Positions 1 through 11,602 of a DNA stretch of 64,000 nt are shown here, one piece after another. This DNA is from Callorhinchus milii. Its lineage: Eukaryota. The notes beneath the pieces are model-generated. The model did not search any database, was not told where the DNA came from, and saw only the letters and a program-made list of their open reading frames with translations. The stretch lies in contig NW_024704742.1 in the NCBI RefSeq assembly GCF_018977255.1, positions 41,604,001 through 41,668,000 of the forward strand, written 5' to 3'. The number at the start of each line of letters is the position of its first letter. The first letter of the stretch is position 1. Position numbers and translations under genes: made by a program.

Positions 1-339
1 GATGCAATGATAGGAGAGCAGTAGAGTGGGTGTTCTGGAGGGAAGGTTCAAGTGGCCTTCTTCATCCAATCCAAACTTGTGACCTTAATTCTTCCCTACA
101 CATTGGCAAGTGATTGAATTATGTAGATTGGAAGGTTTAGTTCATGAGCATAAAACTTTGGACTGTGCCTCAGCTGAGGAATGTTTCCAAATTTCTCTGC
201 TGAACGCTTGAACAGCTCTTGATTTTTGATTACTATGTCAAGCTGTGTTTTGTTAGTGCCCACAGTGAGCCAGCCTAAAATACGGGTAGCTGATAGTTTT
301 GGACAACAAATAATATCATATAAATAAGATATCATCCTT

Positions 340-670
340 GCATTCTCTACAGAAAAACTATTTCCTCTGGTGGGGCAATCCAGAACAAGGGAGCATAATC
401 TTAAAATTAGAGCTAGGCCATGTAGGAATGAAATCATGAGCATTTTTTCACACAAAGGGTAGTGGAAACCTGGAACTCCCCCCCAAAAGGCTGTGGATGC
501 TGGATCCATTCACATCTTCAAGGGTGAGGTGGATAGATTTTTGTTAGTTAAGAGTATCAAAGGATATGGAGCAAGGGCTGGTAACTGCAGTTGAGGTACA
601 GATCAGCCATGGTCTAATAGAATGGCAGAACAGACTTGAGGGGCTGAATGGCCTATTCCTGTTCCTATGC
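340..670 (+). mobile_element. CR1-clade LINE 3' fragment (ORF2 C-terminus + 3' UTR)
   Basis: Encodes decayed 'LFPLVGQSRTREHNLKIRARPCRNEI..FFTQRVVETWNS', typical of the CR1 ORF2 end. It is followed by the UTR 'gagggGCTGAATGGCCTATTCCTGTTCCTATG', typical of chondrichthyan CR1 tails. Confidence 0.85.
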
Positions 671-1101
671 ATTTGCTACGGCTCCTTTCACATTGGGAGG
701 ACATCTCAAAGCACTTCACAAGATTTACTCTAAAGTGTCGTAATGGTGTGTTTTTATGGATGAACGCAGCAGCCAAAGTTGCTCACAGCAAAATTTCATT
801 TTATGGCTGTGAGCCATAAAGTGATTGATTAATTTTCTTGGGGATTGCCATGACATGTGGTGGATAATGCCACGGGATAATTTTCGAATAATGTCACAGG
901 ATCTTTAATGTCCACCTGGACAGTCAGACAGGACCTAGGTTTAATGTCTCATCTGAAGAACAGCATCTCCAATACTGCAATTCTCCCCCAGTACGACATT
1001 GGAGTGTCATTTTGACTAGGTGAGTTCACGTCCCGATGTGGGGCTTGAACCCACAACGTTCTGGCTAACAGGTGAGTGTTACCAAATGAGCCAGGCTGAC
1101 A
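671..1101 (-). mobile_element. Deu-domain SINE (SacSINE1/AmnSINE1-like), near full length, diverged
   Basis: tRNA-like head on the minus strand (gtcagcctggctcatttggtaacac...gggttcaagccccac), Deu-type block (ggatctttaatgtccacctg...ggtttaatgtctcatctgaa) and L2-like tail near 671-720. Confidence 0.8.
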
Positions 1102-1519
1102 TTTGTATTATAAAGATAAATCTTCACAAACTAAACCTACCAGATTCTGAGATGTCATAGGTATAAATTCTTGGCTCCACAGATTTACAATTTACAAGCC
1201 CATGTTTTTTTCTGTGATAAGTCTGCTTTCTCCTGATAAGGTACATTCAGTAAATTGCATTTACTGGAATGAACTTTTCAAGGTTTGTTTTTTGATCTAA
1301 TTTGACAATCTGAGACAGCTTGGCATATTCATCATCAAAACCCATCATTTGAAGTTTTTCATCTGGACCCTGAGATCAAAAGAGACTTCCTATCTTGAAG
1401 ATAGAGTTTTTCCCTGGTAGCTGGTGGACAAAAGAATTTGGTTGGAGTTTGAATTGCTTCTGCACATGTGCAGAGGCCAGGCACAACTACAAGAACTTTT
1501 AATTCAGCAACAAATTTTA

Positions 1520-1640
1520 TAATAATAATAATCCTTGGATTTAATATAGCCCCTTATCACGTCATTGAGACGTCGCAAAGCGCTTCACAGGATATACTGT
1601 AAAATAGATTGACTGCTTATTTTGTGGGTGAATTTTGGCC
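1520..1640 (-). mobile_element. 3' fragment of the tRNA-Ala SINE family
   Basis: (AAT)n tail + 'ccttggatttaatatagccccttatcacgtcattgagacgtcgcaaagcgcttcacag' matches the full-length copies, e.g. 45153-45470. Confidence 0.8.
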
Positions 1641-2498
1641 TTTATTCAAAGATTATTTCAAGATTATTAAATAAGATTATTTCAAAGACTCTTTTTACTG
1701 CTAATAGCTACTAGGTAGGTTGACAACTGAGTCGAGTTCAGATCAGAAGTAATATTCAAGCTGCATGGTGTTCAGGTTTCCTTCTAAAGTACACTTTTGG
1801 TCAAAGCCATATAACGGAGTTTCCCAGGTCCTAGAGACTGTGCAGAGCTATATGCACAACTTTTTATACTATCCTTGTCTCTTTATATACACAACCTTCT
1901 ATATTGTATTCAAATGCTCCGGGACGCTACCCTGGGTGGGGGGTGGGGGAGGCTATATAAATGCAAATTGTTGTTGTTGTATTCATCTCTATACACTGGG
2001 CTTTCATATTATCCTCATCTCTATTCACACAATTTTGTATATTATACACATGTCCCTATACATGTGTACATACATATATGATAAATAACCCTTTCTTTAT
2101 GACAGCTATTACTAGGAAAGCTACACAGTTGGTCCTTATTATCTTGGACTGTCTGTCATCATCTTTAAATTTTCTCTCTGAAGCGCCAGCATTTCTGCCC
2201 TTGTCCAGGCAGATAATTGGTGAAAAAAAACGATGACTTCCTTTAGTTGATTTCCTGATCTGCTGCATCGAAGCTCCAAACGCTGAGGTCCACAAATTGG
2301 AATTTAAATCAGGGTTTCTCATACTCACAGAATTCACATTTAACATTTAAGGGATCTTTTAATTTAGACTGCAAGGTAGACCCAATATATTTTATTGGAG
2401 TGGTAAAAGATTAAAGTAACCTATAAATGATATTTCATAAATGTACATCAGTGATTTATTAAAAATGCACCTCATGCAAAGCACTTATTTTCATAAAG

Positions 2499-2610
2499 AT
2501 AATAATCCTTGCATTTTATATAGGGCCTTATCACGCCTTTGAGACATCTCAAAGCGTTTCACAGAATACACTGTAAAGTGGATTGACTGTAAATTTGTGG
2601 GCAAAATGCC
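2499..2610 (-). mobile_element. 3' fragment of the tRNA-Ala SINE family
   Basis: Same tail motif (aataatccttgcatttt...ctcaaagcgtttcacagaatacactgtaaagtg). Confidence 0.8.
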
Positions 2611-2735
2611 GATAAAAAATGATGAAAAAAAATGAAAGGGTACCCTGATTTTAAAGTAACATCCATCCTAATCATTTCCTATTGATGAAGCTGCTCTTTC
2701 TTGTCATTTTATCAGTGTATTGTGAAGTAATCTTT

Positions 2736-2971
2736 GTTCTCATGGAACGCTGAAACTCCTAAAAGTAGCAAGCTGGCCCTCAGAATCAGAGTGTGTCTGT
2801 CTCGCCTTCATTTCACCACCCCCCCACCCCCACACTTTATTGTTGCATATTTTAGTGCTGGAGCAAAAATCATTATGCAGGGTTCCTCATAGCAACCTGT
2901 CCATTCTGACCCCTCGGGAGTAAAGCAATAAAGAATCCTCCTGATCTAATTGTCACTGTCGCTATAGCAAC
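2736..2971. promoter_or_regulatory. Candidate enhancer with RFX X-box motifs
   Basis: GTCGCTATAGCAAC at 2958-2971 fits the X-box consensus. Looser matches are GTTCCTCATAGCAAC (2882-2896) and GTTCTCATGGAAC (2736-2748). All lie in non-repeat sequence. Confidence 0.45.
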
Positions 2972-3559
2972 CCCTTATCCATCACACAAAAAAGGATTGA
3001 ATTTTACACTGATGTCGCCGCCTAATTACATGAAATTGGGAACTATGGTTGCACGCAGTTAATAGCCAGGTGAACATGCTTCACGCAGTTCAAACAAAAT
3101 AATGTTGCACCAAAAACATCTGATCGTCCCGATTTCTTCGGCGTTTAAAAATCACAGCTTTTGTATTTCGTGTCCGTGACGCTTTGATGCATTGCAATAG
3201 TCATCTCCATTAGCGCCGTACATGCCATAAACAGTTATTTAACTCTACGTTCACGGTCAGTGCCATCAATCACTTCATGCTTCTCTGAACGCTGTGCAGA
3301 TTCTAATGGAATTACTGGGGCACTTACTGTATTTTTACTCCTCAGCTTTCTTGGTACCATGCTGCACAGTTAGTGACTCATTCAGGTCATCAGAATATTC
3401 ATTTAAATGCCAGAGTCAGAATAATTGTGCGAGAGCAGTGGGTTTTCTCTGTGCCATTTATGACATTTTTTTGCGGGGGGAGGGGGCATTTACTTGTGGA
3501 TCTTGAGCTCAGCCAGGTGCAGTAATTAAATGTGATGGTGCCCTTGATGTATCAGCAGG

Positions 3560-3860
3560 TAAATGTACCTCCTGGTGTGGCAATCGGCCATATGGACCAG
3601 GAAGAGCCAGGTGTGATCCCCAGTCTGTGCTGAGCTGCCTTATTGCAACAAGGTGGTGGTAGTGCTATATCTGGGCTATGGGGATAAAATCAGCTTCTGG
3701 CTGCTATTCATTAACCAGCATTGCTCTGTGCGGATGTTGGGTGAGGACACGATCAGGTTCGTATACGATACCCACTAGAGCCGTACAGCTATTGGCAGTA
3801 GCTGTCCAAAGTTACACATGAAGTGTGTGTGAGGCATCCGAGGGCTTCTGTCAGCTGTAC
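3560..3860 (+). mobile_element. Ancient tRNA-derived SINE-like repeat (second family; copy 1)
   Basis: Shares 'ccatatggaccaggaagagccaggtgtgatccccagtctgtgctgag...aaaatcagc' with copies at ~8720-9000 (+), ~44840-45100 (-) and ~53640-53710 (-). Confidence 0.6.
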
Positions 3861-4488
3861 CCCATTCATTTTTGTACTGTCATTCATTTCATGGCTGTTT
3901 GTGGCACACATTTGCTGTGTGCAAATTGGTTGTCGCATATGCCCACAAAACCCACTGCACTTTTCAATATATCCTGTGAATTGCTTTGGGATGTCCTTCC
4001 GACATGAGAGGGACTGCAACAAATGTAAGAATTATCTTTATTACGAGCTCGGAAGAGGAGCAGAGGCACAAAAAAGGGGGCAAATTGGCAAAAAAGATAA
4101 AAGCAGAAAAGGAAATTGATATTGAAGGATGAAAGTTCTTATAAACTACTGAATTTCTTTTGTAACACTGGAAACACACACACAGGTACACAAAGATGTG
4201 CCTTGTGTTTCCTACTTGTTCCGAAGGCTGTGCCTTGAGATTATTTCTGGTGCTGGTTACCCTGGAGCTGTCAAGGACAACTTATTTGTTACTTTCTGTT
4301 CAAGCAGACAGTGGAAAATGAAACACTAGCTGAAAGAGCTCATTTATAGTCTGAAATGATGAGGGTCCCTGAAATTCTATCCTCTTCCTTCTCATGCCGA
4401 ACACTTGTTAACCCATCAAATATTTTCTTTATCTTCTGGAATGTTGATGTATTTCAATCGCACAGTTTTTTATATAAAAGTTTCACAG

Positions 4489-6560
4489 CAAAAACAACTT
4501 GCACTTATATAGCGCCCTTCATGTAGGGTAGCTGACTCCGAGCCGGGGCGGTGGGAGGTGGTCATAAGCACGGTCGAAAAGGAAGGTTTTAAGGTGGGAC
4601 TTGAAAAAGGGGAGAGAGGGGGCAAGGCACTGGGATTAAGGGAGAGTGTTCCAAAATTTTGGGGTGTAGTGGCTGAAAGCACGAACACCAATGGTGGAGC
4701 TGAGGGTGCGTGGGACGGGCAGGAGGCCGGTGCCAGTTGAGCGGAGGCACCGGGTGGCGGATTGGGGATTGAGGAGGTCGGAGAGGTAGTGAGTGAAGGG
4801 ATTTGAACAAGAGTGTGAGGATCTTTAAGTCAATCGGTTCGGTGATGTGGAGCAAGTGGAGCCAGGCCAGAACTGGTGAGATGTGGGTAGAGAGTTTGGT
4901 CCGGGTCAGTATGTGGGCAGCAGAGTTCTGAATGAGCTGGATTTTTTGAATAGTGGAGCTGGAGAGACTGGCGAGGAGTGCGTTTGAGTAATCCAGGCGA
5001 GAGGTGACAAATGCATGCACGAGGGTTTCAGCTGCATTTGGGGTAAAGTACGGTTGGAGGTGGGCAATGTGGCGGAGGTGGAAGAAGGCGTTCCTGGTCA
5101 CAGACCAGATGTGGGTGAGGAAGGACAACTGGGGGTTGAACCGGACACCTAGATCGTGCATCGGTGAGTCTGAGGGAGAGCCCAGGGAGGTTGAGGAGTT
5201 CAGATCCGCAGGAGTGAAGACGTTGATGGGAGCCAAAGAGTATGGCTTCCGTCTCGTCTAAATTCAGCTGCAGTAAGTTTGCACTCATCCAGGCCTTGAT
5301 GTCTGCCAGATAAGCTGATAGAACATCGGTGGACCTGGAGTTGGTACTGGAGGAGGCAAAGCAGATTTGTGTGTCATCCGCATACATGTGGAAGTTTACC
5401 CCTTGTCTGCGGATGACATCGCCCAGAGGGAGCACATATAGATTAGGAAAAGAAGAGGGCCAAGGATGGAGCCCTGGGGTACCCCGCAGGTAACCGGGCG
5501 GGGGTGGGAGGAGAAACCATTTGCTGAGATGAAATGGAGGTGGTTGTTAAGTAGAACTCGAACCATGTGAGTGAGGTCCCACTAGGTAGATGAGGGAGGA
5601 GAGGCAGTGGAGACTGTGTTGAACTCGGCAGAGAGATCCAGGAGGACGAGGAGGCAGAGGGAGCCCTGGTCACAGATAGAGAAGATGTCATTTGTGACTT
5701 TGACAAGTGCTGTCTCTGTGCTGTGGGCAGAGCGAAAACCAGACTGCAGGGGATCAAGAGTGAGAGGAGGGAGTGGAGGGAGAGGTGTGACCCAAGTTGA
5801 CCTCCAACAATGCGTTCCAGGAAGGAAGGGTAGGTTGGAGGTGGGATGGTAGTGTGAGAGATTAGAGGGATCTAAGGNTTTTTTTGAGGAGGGGTGTGAT
5901 AACAGCTGTTTCGCGGGAGTGGAACAGAGCCTGAGCAGAGAGACTGATTAACCATTCCGGCCAGCAGGGGGATAGGAGGGGAGTTGAGTGACCAGCAGTT
6001 GGGTGGAGAGGGGTTCGAGACAGCAGGTGGTGAACTTTATGCAGGTGTTTGCGGTTGAGAGGGAGGAGAGAGAAATGGAGGTCAAAATGGAGTGTAAGGA
6101 GCGGGGAGTAGTGGCAGAGGGAGAAGGTAGTGTGGCTGGTGTGGGTGGAGTGGAAGGGAACATGTGTGAGGAGGATGATGCAGACAAGTGGATGTTTTCA
6201 ATTGTTGAGGTAAAGAAGTCTAGGACCTCTTTGCACTTGATGTTTGATGTGAGGATGGAGGGGATTTGAGGGGGTGCATTGGAGGAGGTGATGGACAGTG
6301 GAAAACAGCGTCTTTGGATTGTTGTTTGCCTCCAGGATGACTTTGGAGTAAAAGTCAGTTTGGGCCTGTGATAGGGAGAGGCGGTAGGTGTGGAGGTGTT
6401 CGAGCCACAGCTGGCGGTGAATTGTGAGGCTGGATTTCTGCCATCAGCGCTTGAGCATCTGGGTTTGGGTTTTAAATGAGTGGAAATGACTGTTGCACCA
6501 GGGAGAGCGGATGGATTTGGAAACAGCCCTGGGGAACCAAGGAATTAAAGGTTGCGGAGA
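4489..6560 (-). mobile_element. L2-clade LINE, 5'-truncated ~2 kb, decayed ORF2 (reverse transcriptase)
   Basis: Frameshifted ORFs contain 'GVNFHMYADDTQI', 'DLGVRFNPQLSF', '[21 protein letters not shown]' and 'QLIQNSAAHILT', which are L2 RT hallmarks. The 3' tail with GTT-type repeats is at ~4489-4525. Confidence 0.93.
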
Positions 6561-7374
6561 GATGGTCATTCAGCAGCTTCGTGGCTGCATCAGGATTGCT
6601 ACGGGTGGAATCGCACAAAATTCTTTAAAGATTTTTTAAAAAAGTTACACAATGCAAAAAAATTTATGACAGAGCAAAATCATATATGCAAAGCTTCTCA
6701 AGCTCCTTATTGTTCAAATATTGTACCAATATCTGCTGCTTGAATTATTTGACTGAACCAGATTATTTTAAAAGCGACAATGTGCTTCCCCTGGGTATTG
6801 TGTTAAATTACCACCTTTTTAGTCCAATTTTACTAAGGTCCTGCATTCAGGAAAGGGTCTCATCAGTCTTGCCTTTCCCATGCTACATTTACATTAGCTC
6901 CAGCTAATTCTGCTTATCATTTTCTGTTGCTCACCAATTGCCACCTCTTTCTTTGCTGAATGATCTGCTGCCACTCAGTCAGGCCTCTTGGCACCACATA
7001 ATTCCTTTTATCCTCAAGCTGCTATCTGGCTTAATCTTTAATTATGAGAATTGGAGGATTTTAGTTTCAGAATGGATGTCATAAGGAAACATTAAATTTC
7101 ATTTACCCGCTTTTCATTTGTAAAGCTTGTGAAAACCTGGTGCCTCATTGTTAGTCTGACTCCAAGGATGTATTTAACTGGATTTGTTCAATGTGGACAT
7201 CTGAAACATGTCTATTGTCTATTCTCTGCTGCTCAAGACTTATTTCTTTTACCAGCTGACTAAACATGGCCTCTCCAGGCCAAGAACTTTACAAACACTT
7301 GCTCTTACCTCGGCTCATGGAAGGATGAGGTGAGCAAGCCTTTTGAGCTGTGTAGTTACTTGCTCTGCCTTATC

Positions 7375-7750
7375 CCTTTTCACACAAAGGGTTGTGGAAA
7401 TTTGGAATTCTTAAGAACATAAGAATTGCTGGGCATCCATCCAATTCGCCTTCCACCATCCTGGCAGTCACATGCACATCCCAAATTATATACTGTATCC
7501 CATGATATTATTTTCTAAAATAAATTCTAATTCTAATCTAAAATGCTTTTGAAGGAATCAACACTTTCTGCATCCACCGTCTCCCCGAGAGGCTATGGAG
7601 TCTGAGGTCGATAGATATCTGTTACATAAGGATAGCAAGGGATATGGAGACAAGATGGGGAAATGGAGTTGAGGTACAGATCAGTCATGGTCTAATAGAA
7701 TGATGGAACAGGTTCAAGGGTCTGAATCACCCACTATTCCTACATTCCTA
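7375..7750 (+). mobile_element. CR1 3' fragment interrupted by an opposite-strand CR1-type tail (~7412-7580)
   Basis: 'ttttcacacaaagggttgtggaaatttggaattc' ... 'gaggtacagatcagtcatggtctaatagaatg' matches 340-670. The insert starts with an 'aagaacataagaa' tail, also seen at ~10481. Confidence 0.75.
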
Positions 7751-8719
7751 TCCAGAAGAGCACCATTTATGACTTACCTCAAAAATGGAGCTTTGCTGCT
7801 AGTGCCCTCTCCCTCATTCTTTCTCTGTTTCTTTTCCCAGCTCATCTCTCATAACATTGAACCGTCCCCTTTCCTGAACTTGGACACCACCACACCAAAA
7901 GGAACAGAGATCTGACAGTTAGGGGAGCTATATGCCGGAAACAACTGAGTTACATCCGTTCTGCTGGTTCTTTAAGGCCAAAAGACTAGCACTGTTGTTA
8001 ATGGGAGATCCTGTTTCTTCTTTCCAGGCCAAGTTATAGGGGTCTATCTCATGCCGAGCACTGAAATCTTTATAATAGGATTTCCATTTCTCCTCAGCTC
8101 CCGGCCAATATGATTGGGAGCAGGAAGTATAATTCAGGCTTCCTGCTCCTAATTGCTTTATTGCTAGAAGTGATATTTTTTCACTGCCATTAGTATAAAC
8201 AGGGCATTATATAACAGCCAAGAAGAGGTGTATGCTCCACACAAGGTGAAAGTGCAGGGACACACCACAATGCTCTCGTTCAGCACTGAAACTGTACATA
8301 GAAATATTCAAAACAAACTAGTGCAGCCAGAGACACTAGTGGCAATGGGTATTTTTATGGTGTAAGAGAGCAATGTGGCTGATCCTCAGTGTTAGAGACA
8401 TGAGCTTTGAGGATTGTCAACAATGTACCGGAAGCGTAGTACACGTCCTTCCTCTGGAACTGACTGACCAACTTCCTATACGTGCACAATGTCCAGGAAA
8501 TGATGTTAGCAGTGACCTGACAACCTGGAAATGTCTGACTGGCTGCCATTTTTAGCACACCTTGAGTCTGAGTTTATGATCACAAACCACCGTGGTTATA
8601 ACATTGTCAGCCTGGTTAAGAATGTAATATGATAGCACGTAACAAATTGGCTCCAGCAATCTGTTAACAGCATTGGCCTAGAAACAGCCATTGATCTATG
8701 GAAAACTGGGAAGTCACCA

Positions 8720-8998
8720 GGCTGAAGCTATACAGACCTCAAGGTCATATCCCAGCCTGGTCTGAGTTTGATGATCTCGGGCAAGTGAACAGTAGTCAGG
8801 GTTTGCAAAATTAGCCTGATCAACGCTTCACCAAGAGAGGGGAAATAATAGCCAGGATTTGTGTTATACAGAAACTCCTTCTGGAAAGCAAACATGTGTG
8901 GTTGATAATTGAAGTCATGATATGGTGATCTATCCATCAGTGAATATCCTGATGACACTCATTGTCTGCATTCACACATTAAGAATTTTCACTTAAAA
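8720..8998 (+). mobile_element. Ancient SINE-like repeat (second family; copy 2)
   Basis: Colinear similarity to 3560-3860 ('tatacagacc...ggtctgagtttgatgatctc...ggggaaataatagccagg...ctggaaag'). Confidence 0.55.
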
Positions 8999-9014
8999 CC
9001 AAAGAAAGGTATGC

Positions 9015-9290
9015 ACATTTGGCCCATCGTCTGTACCAGCTCCTATGAGAGCAATCCTTTCAGTCCCATTTACCTGGCCTTTCCCCATACCCCTGTAGTT
9101 TATCCTTTTTAGATATCTATCTCATTCCCTTTAGAAAGGTTTATATGGATTCTGCCTCAACCACAACTCCCAACTGGGCATTTAATACCCTAAATACACT
9201 TTGTGCAAAAAACATTTCTCTAATCTTTCCATTTTCTCGTTTACTAACTATCTTAAATTGATGTCCTCTAGTCACTAACTCACTGACTAC
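9015..9290 (-). mobile_element. CR1 3' fragment
   Basis: Reverse complement reads 'ctagaggacatcaatttaagatag...ttttttgcacaaagtgtatttagggta...ggttgaggcagaatcc', a CR1 ORF2 end plus UTR. Confidence 0.7.
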
Positions 9291-10480
9291 TGACTCTCAC
9301 AAGGTATTTACTGAATGTAACTGTACAACAATACTCCAACAAGAGAAGCAGCAGAAAAAGTGGATAATATTAATAATAATCCTTACATTTGATATAAAGC
9401 CTTTCACATTGGGAGGAAGTCTCAAAGTGCTTTACAGGTTATTCTGTGGGCAACTATCTTATATTACTGTGGCTTTTTCTGCTTTCATTATCTGATAGAC
9501 TAAGCGCTGAGGAGAACAACTTCATTTCCTAGAATAATTATAATTGCATTTTGAAATTAAAATTAGTTCTGACACTTGATATAATGTGCAATTTTGAGTC
9601 TTCTGTCACTTGCTCCCATTAGGATTTTGCAGGTGTAATAAATATTTTGAATAGTATTAATCTGGAAGGACAGGTTAGTTATATATATTTAGATCTGCAT
9701 GAAATTAATCGTGACTCATGATTAGCAATCCAAGCCTCATCATAAACTGAAATATAATATAATATAACAGATGTTTCAGTGAAAACAAAAAACACTTGCC
9801 TTGTTTCAATCATTCTCTGATATTCATATGAACATCATCTAGCTATTAGTTTAAAAATAATAATAATACTTGCATTTAATATAGTGCCTTTCACATTGAG
9901 AGGACGTGGTTGAATACAGCAGCCAATTTGTACATAGCAAATAAAATATGACTTTGTTTTCTGGCTTGAAAATTGTATTAATTTGTAAATGCATAAGTTA
10001 AAATGGAAGGAGGGCTTATGGCTGTAAAGGCACTCAATGGATTTTGTTACGCTGTATGAGAAAGTCCCTGAATTGGCACAAATAGCACAAAGAACAGTTA
10101 TAGATATGGCCTTGCTCATACAGCACAGAAATAGAATTCTAAATACTGAAGCAACAATAGAAATTATACAACACAATATATTTTATATTTATATAGCGCC
10201 TTTCGTGTTGGGAGAATGTTCCAAAGCACATGGGGGATGTCTCAATGTTTATGGACTATGTGCAAACCATGTACAATGAGTAAACGAAAGTAAATGCATT
10301 AGGTACCATATGTAAACCATATGTAAACCCACAATTACAGTGGTAATTACAGATTTTTTTTAATGAACTATGTGCAAACTATCTGTAAACCCATATGTAT
10401 TTTGCATAGTGTGCAAACTATGTGTAACAACAGCTTGCATTTATATAGATGTGGGTTAACGTATCAGAGCACTTAACAGT

Positions 10481-10750
10481 TAAGAACATGAGAATTTGCT
10501 AGGCAAAAGAAGACCAAGGTCCATCTAGTTTTCCTTCAACCATCGTGGCAGTCGTTTGACATGTTGTGCCCCAAACTATATATTGTAAACTATATATACA
10601 GTTGCAAAGCTGGACATCGAGACGGGGAGAGCGGGGAGGTGACTGAAGGCACTGTCAAAGAGGATAATCTTCAAGTGAATCTGAAGTTGAACAAAGAAAA
10701 GTCAAGATGGAGGGATTGAGGCAGAGAGTTCCTGAGAGTTAGAAATGGCT
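10481..10750 (-). mobile_element. CR1-type tail fragment adjacent to an L2 3' fragment
   Basis: An 'aagaacatgagaa...ggtccatctag' CR1-type end is followed by the purine-rich L2 3' region (ggggaggtgactgaaggc...gagagttcc). Confidence 0.55.
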
Positions 10751-11018
10751 CAAAACTGTAAGGAGTTGCATCATTTCACTCTGTGGAAATATGTAAACAC
10801 CTTTGTAAAGAGGGAATTACAGGATCCCTTAATTATGCATTTAACAACCAACGAAACATATTGTTTGTAAAGGACATAATTAATAAATGAATAAAAGATT
10901 AAGCTGTTGAGGTTGTATTAAAAGATACCTAGAATTTTCTTTGTGTTCAGGATTACAAACTCAATACATCAGGACTGACTGTCAGGAACTCAAGATCTGC
11001 TTCTGGTGCTGTGGAGAA

Positions 11019-11107
11019 GGAATTTCCTGAGTCAGGCTGTGATGTGCAGCAGCATTTCCTGTTAGTGACTCTGAGCAGCTGTCAGTGAGTCATGTTGCAA
11101 ACCGCGG
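11019..11107. promoter_or_regulatory. Candidate inducible enhancer (AP-1 / NF-kB-like / ETS / RUNX motifs)
   Basis: GGAATTTCC (11019-11027) abuts TGAGTCA (11028-11034). There is a second TGAGTCA at 11086-11092, ATTTCCTG twice, and AACCGC at ~11099. Confidence 0.35.
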
Positions 11108-11602
11108 CTTTCTAAAACACATTATTATGTACCCATTTATACATTTTCTCTCAGATTCACAATTTACATTCACACGTGAATTGAGGGGCTCTGTCTATCT
11201 TTGTCTGTAACATCATTTGATTTATGCCAATGCTCAATGGTCCTGAATGGGGAGATGCTGTGCTTGTTTCTGATTCAGTATCAATGGGATAATGTAGGTG
11301 CTGGGGTTCAACTTTATGCTTTGAAGTCTGCGATTGCAGGTTGGGGGGAACAGATGGTCCTGCCTCACCACACTGCTGAATGATTCAATGTGTAAAAAAA
11401 TATTGTAGTAATTTAGATTTTATACATCCAAATTGCTCCAAACAAGGGTATTTTTAATGGCTTTTCTGCAATTACTACCTGTGAGCAATTTTGTCATCAC
11501 AGTTTGATGTGTTCACAATGTAGCCTTTGTTTTTTTTGCTACGTCGGCAACTGCACTAACTATGTTGGCTAAAAGGTGGCATGTGAACCAGGCAACACTC
11601 TT

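Noticed and set aside
96..509. 137-aa minus-strand ORF
   Set aside because: Partly antisense to a CR1 3' fragment; no recognisable protein.
5878..5878. Single N bases (5878 and 23984)
   Set aside because: Assembly ambiguities next to homopolymers, not biology. They caution that some nearby frameshifts may be sequencing errors.
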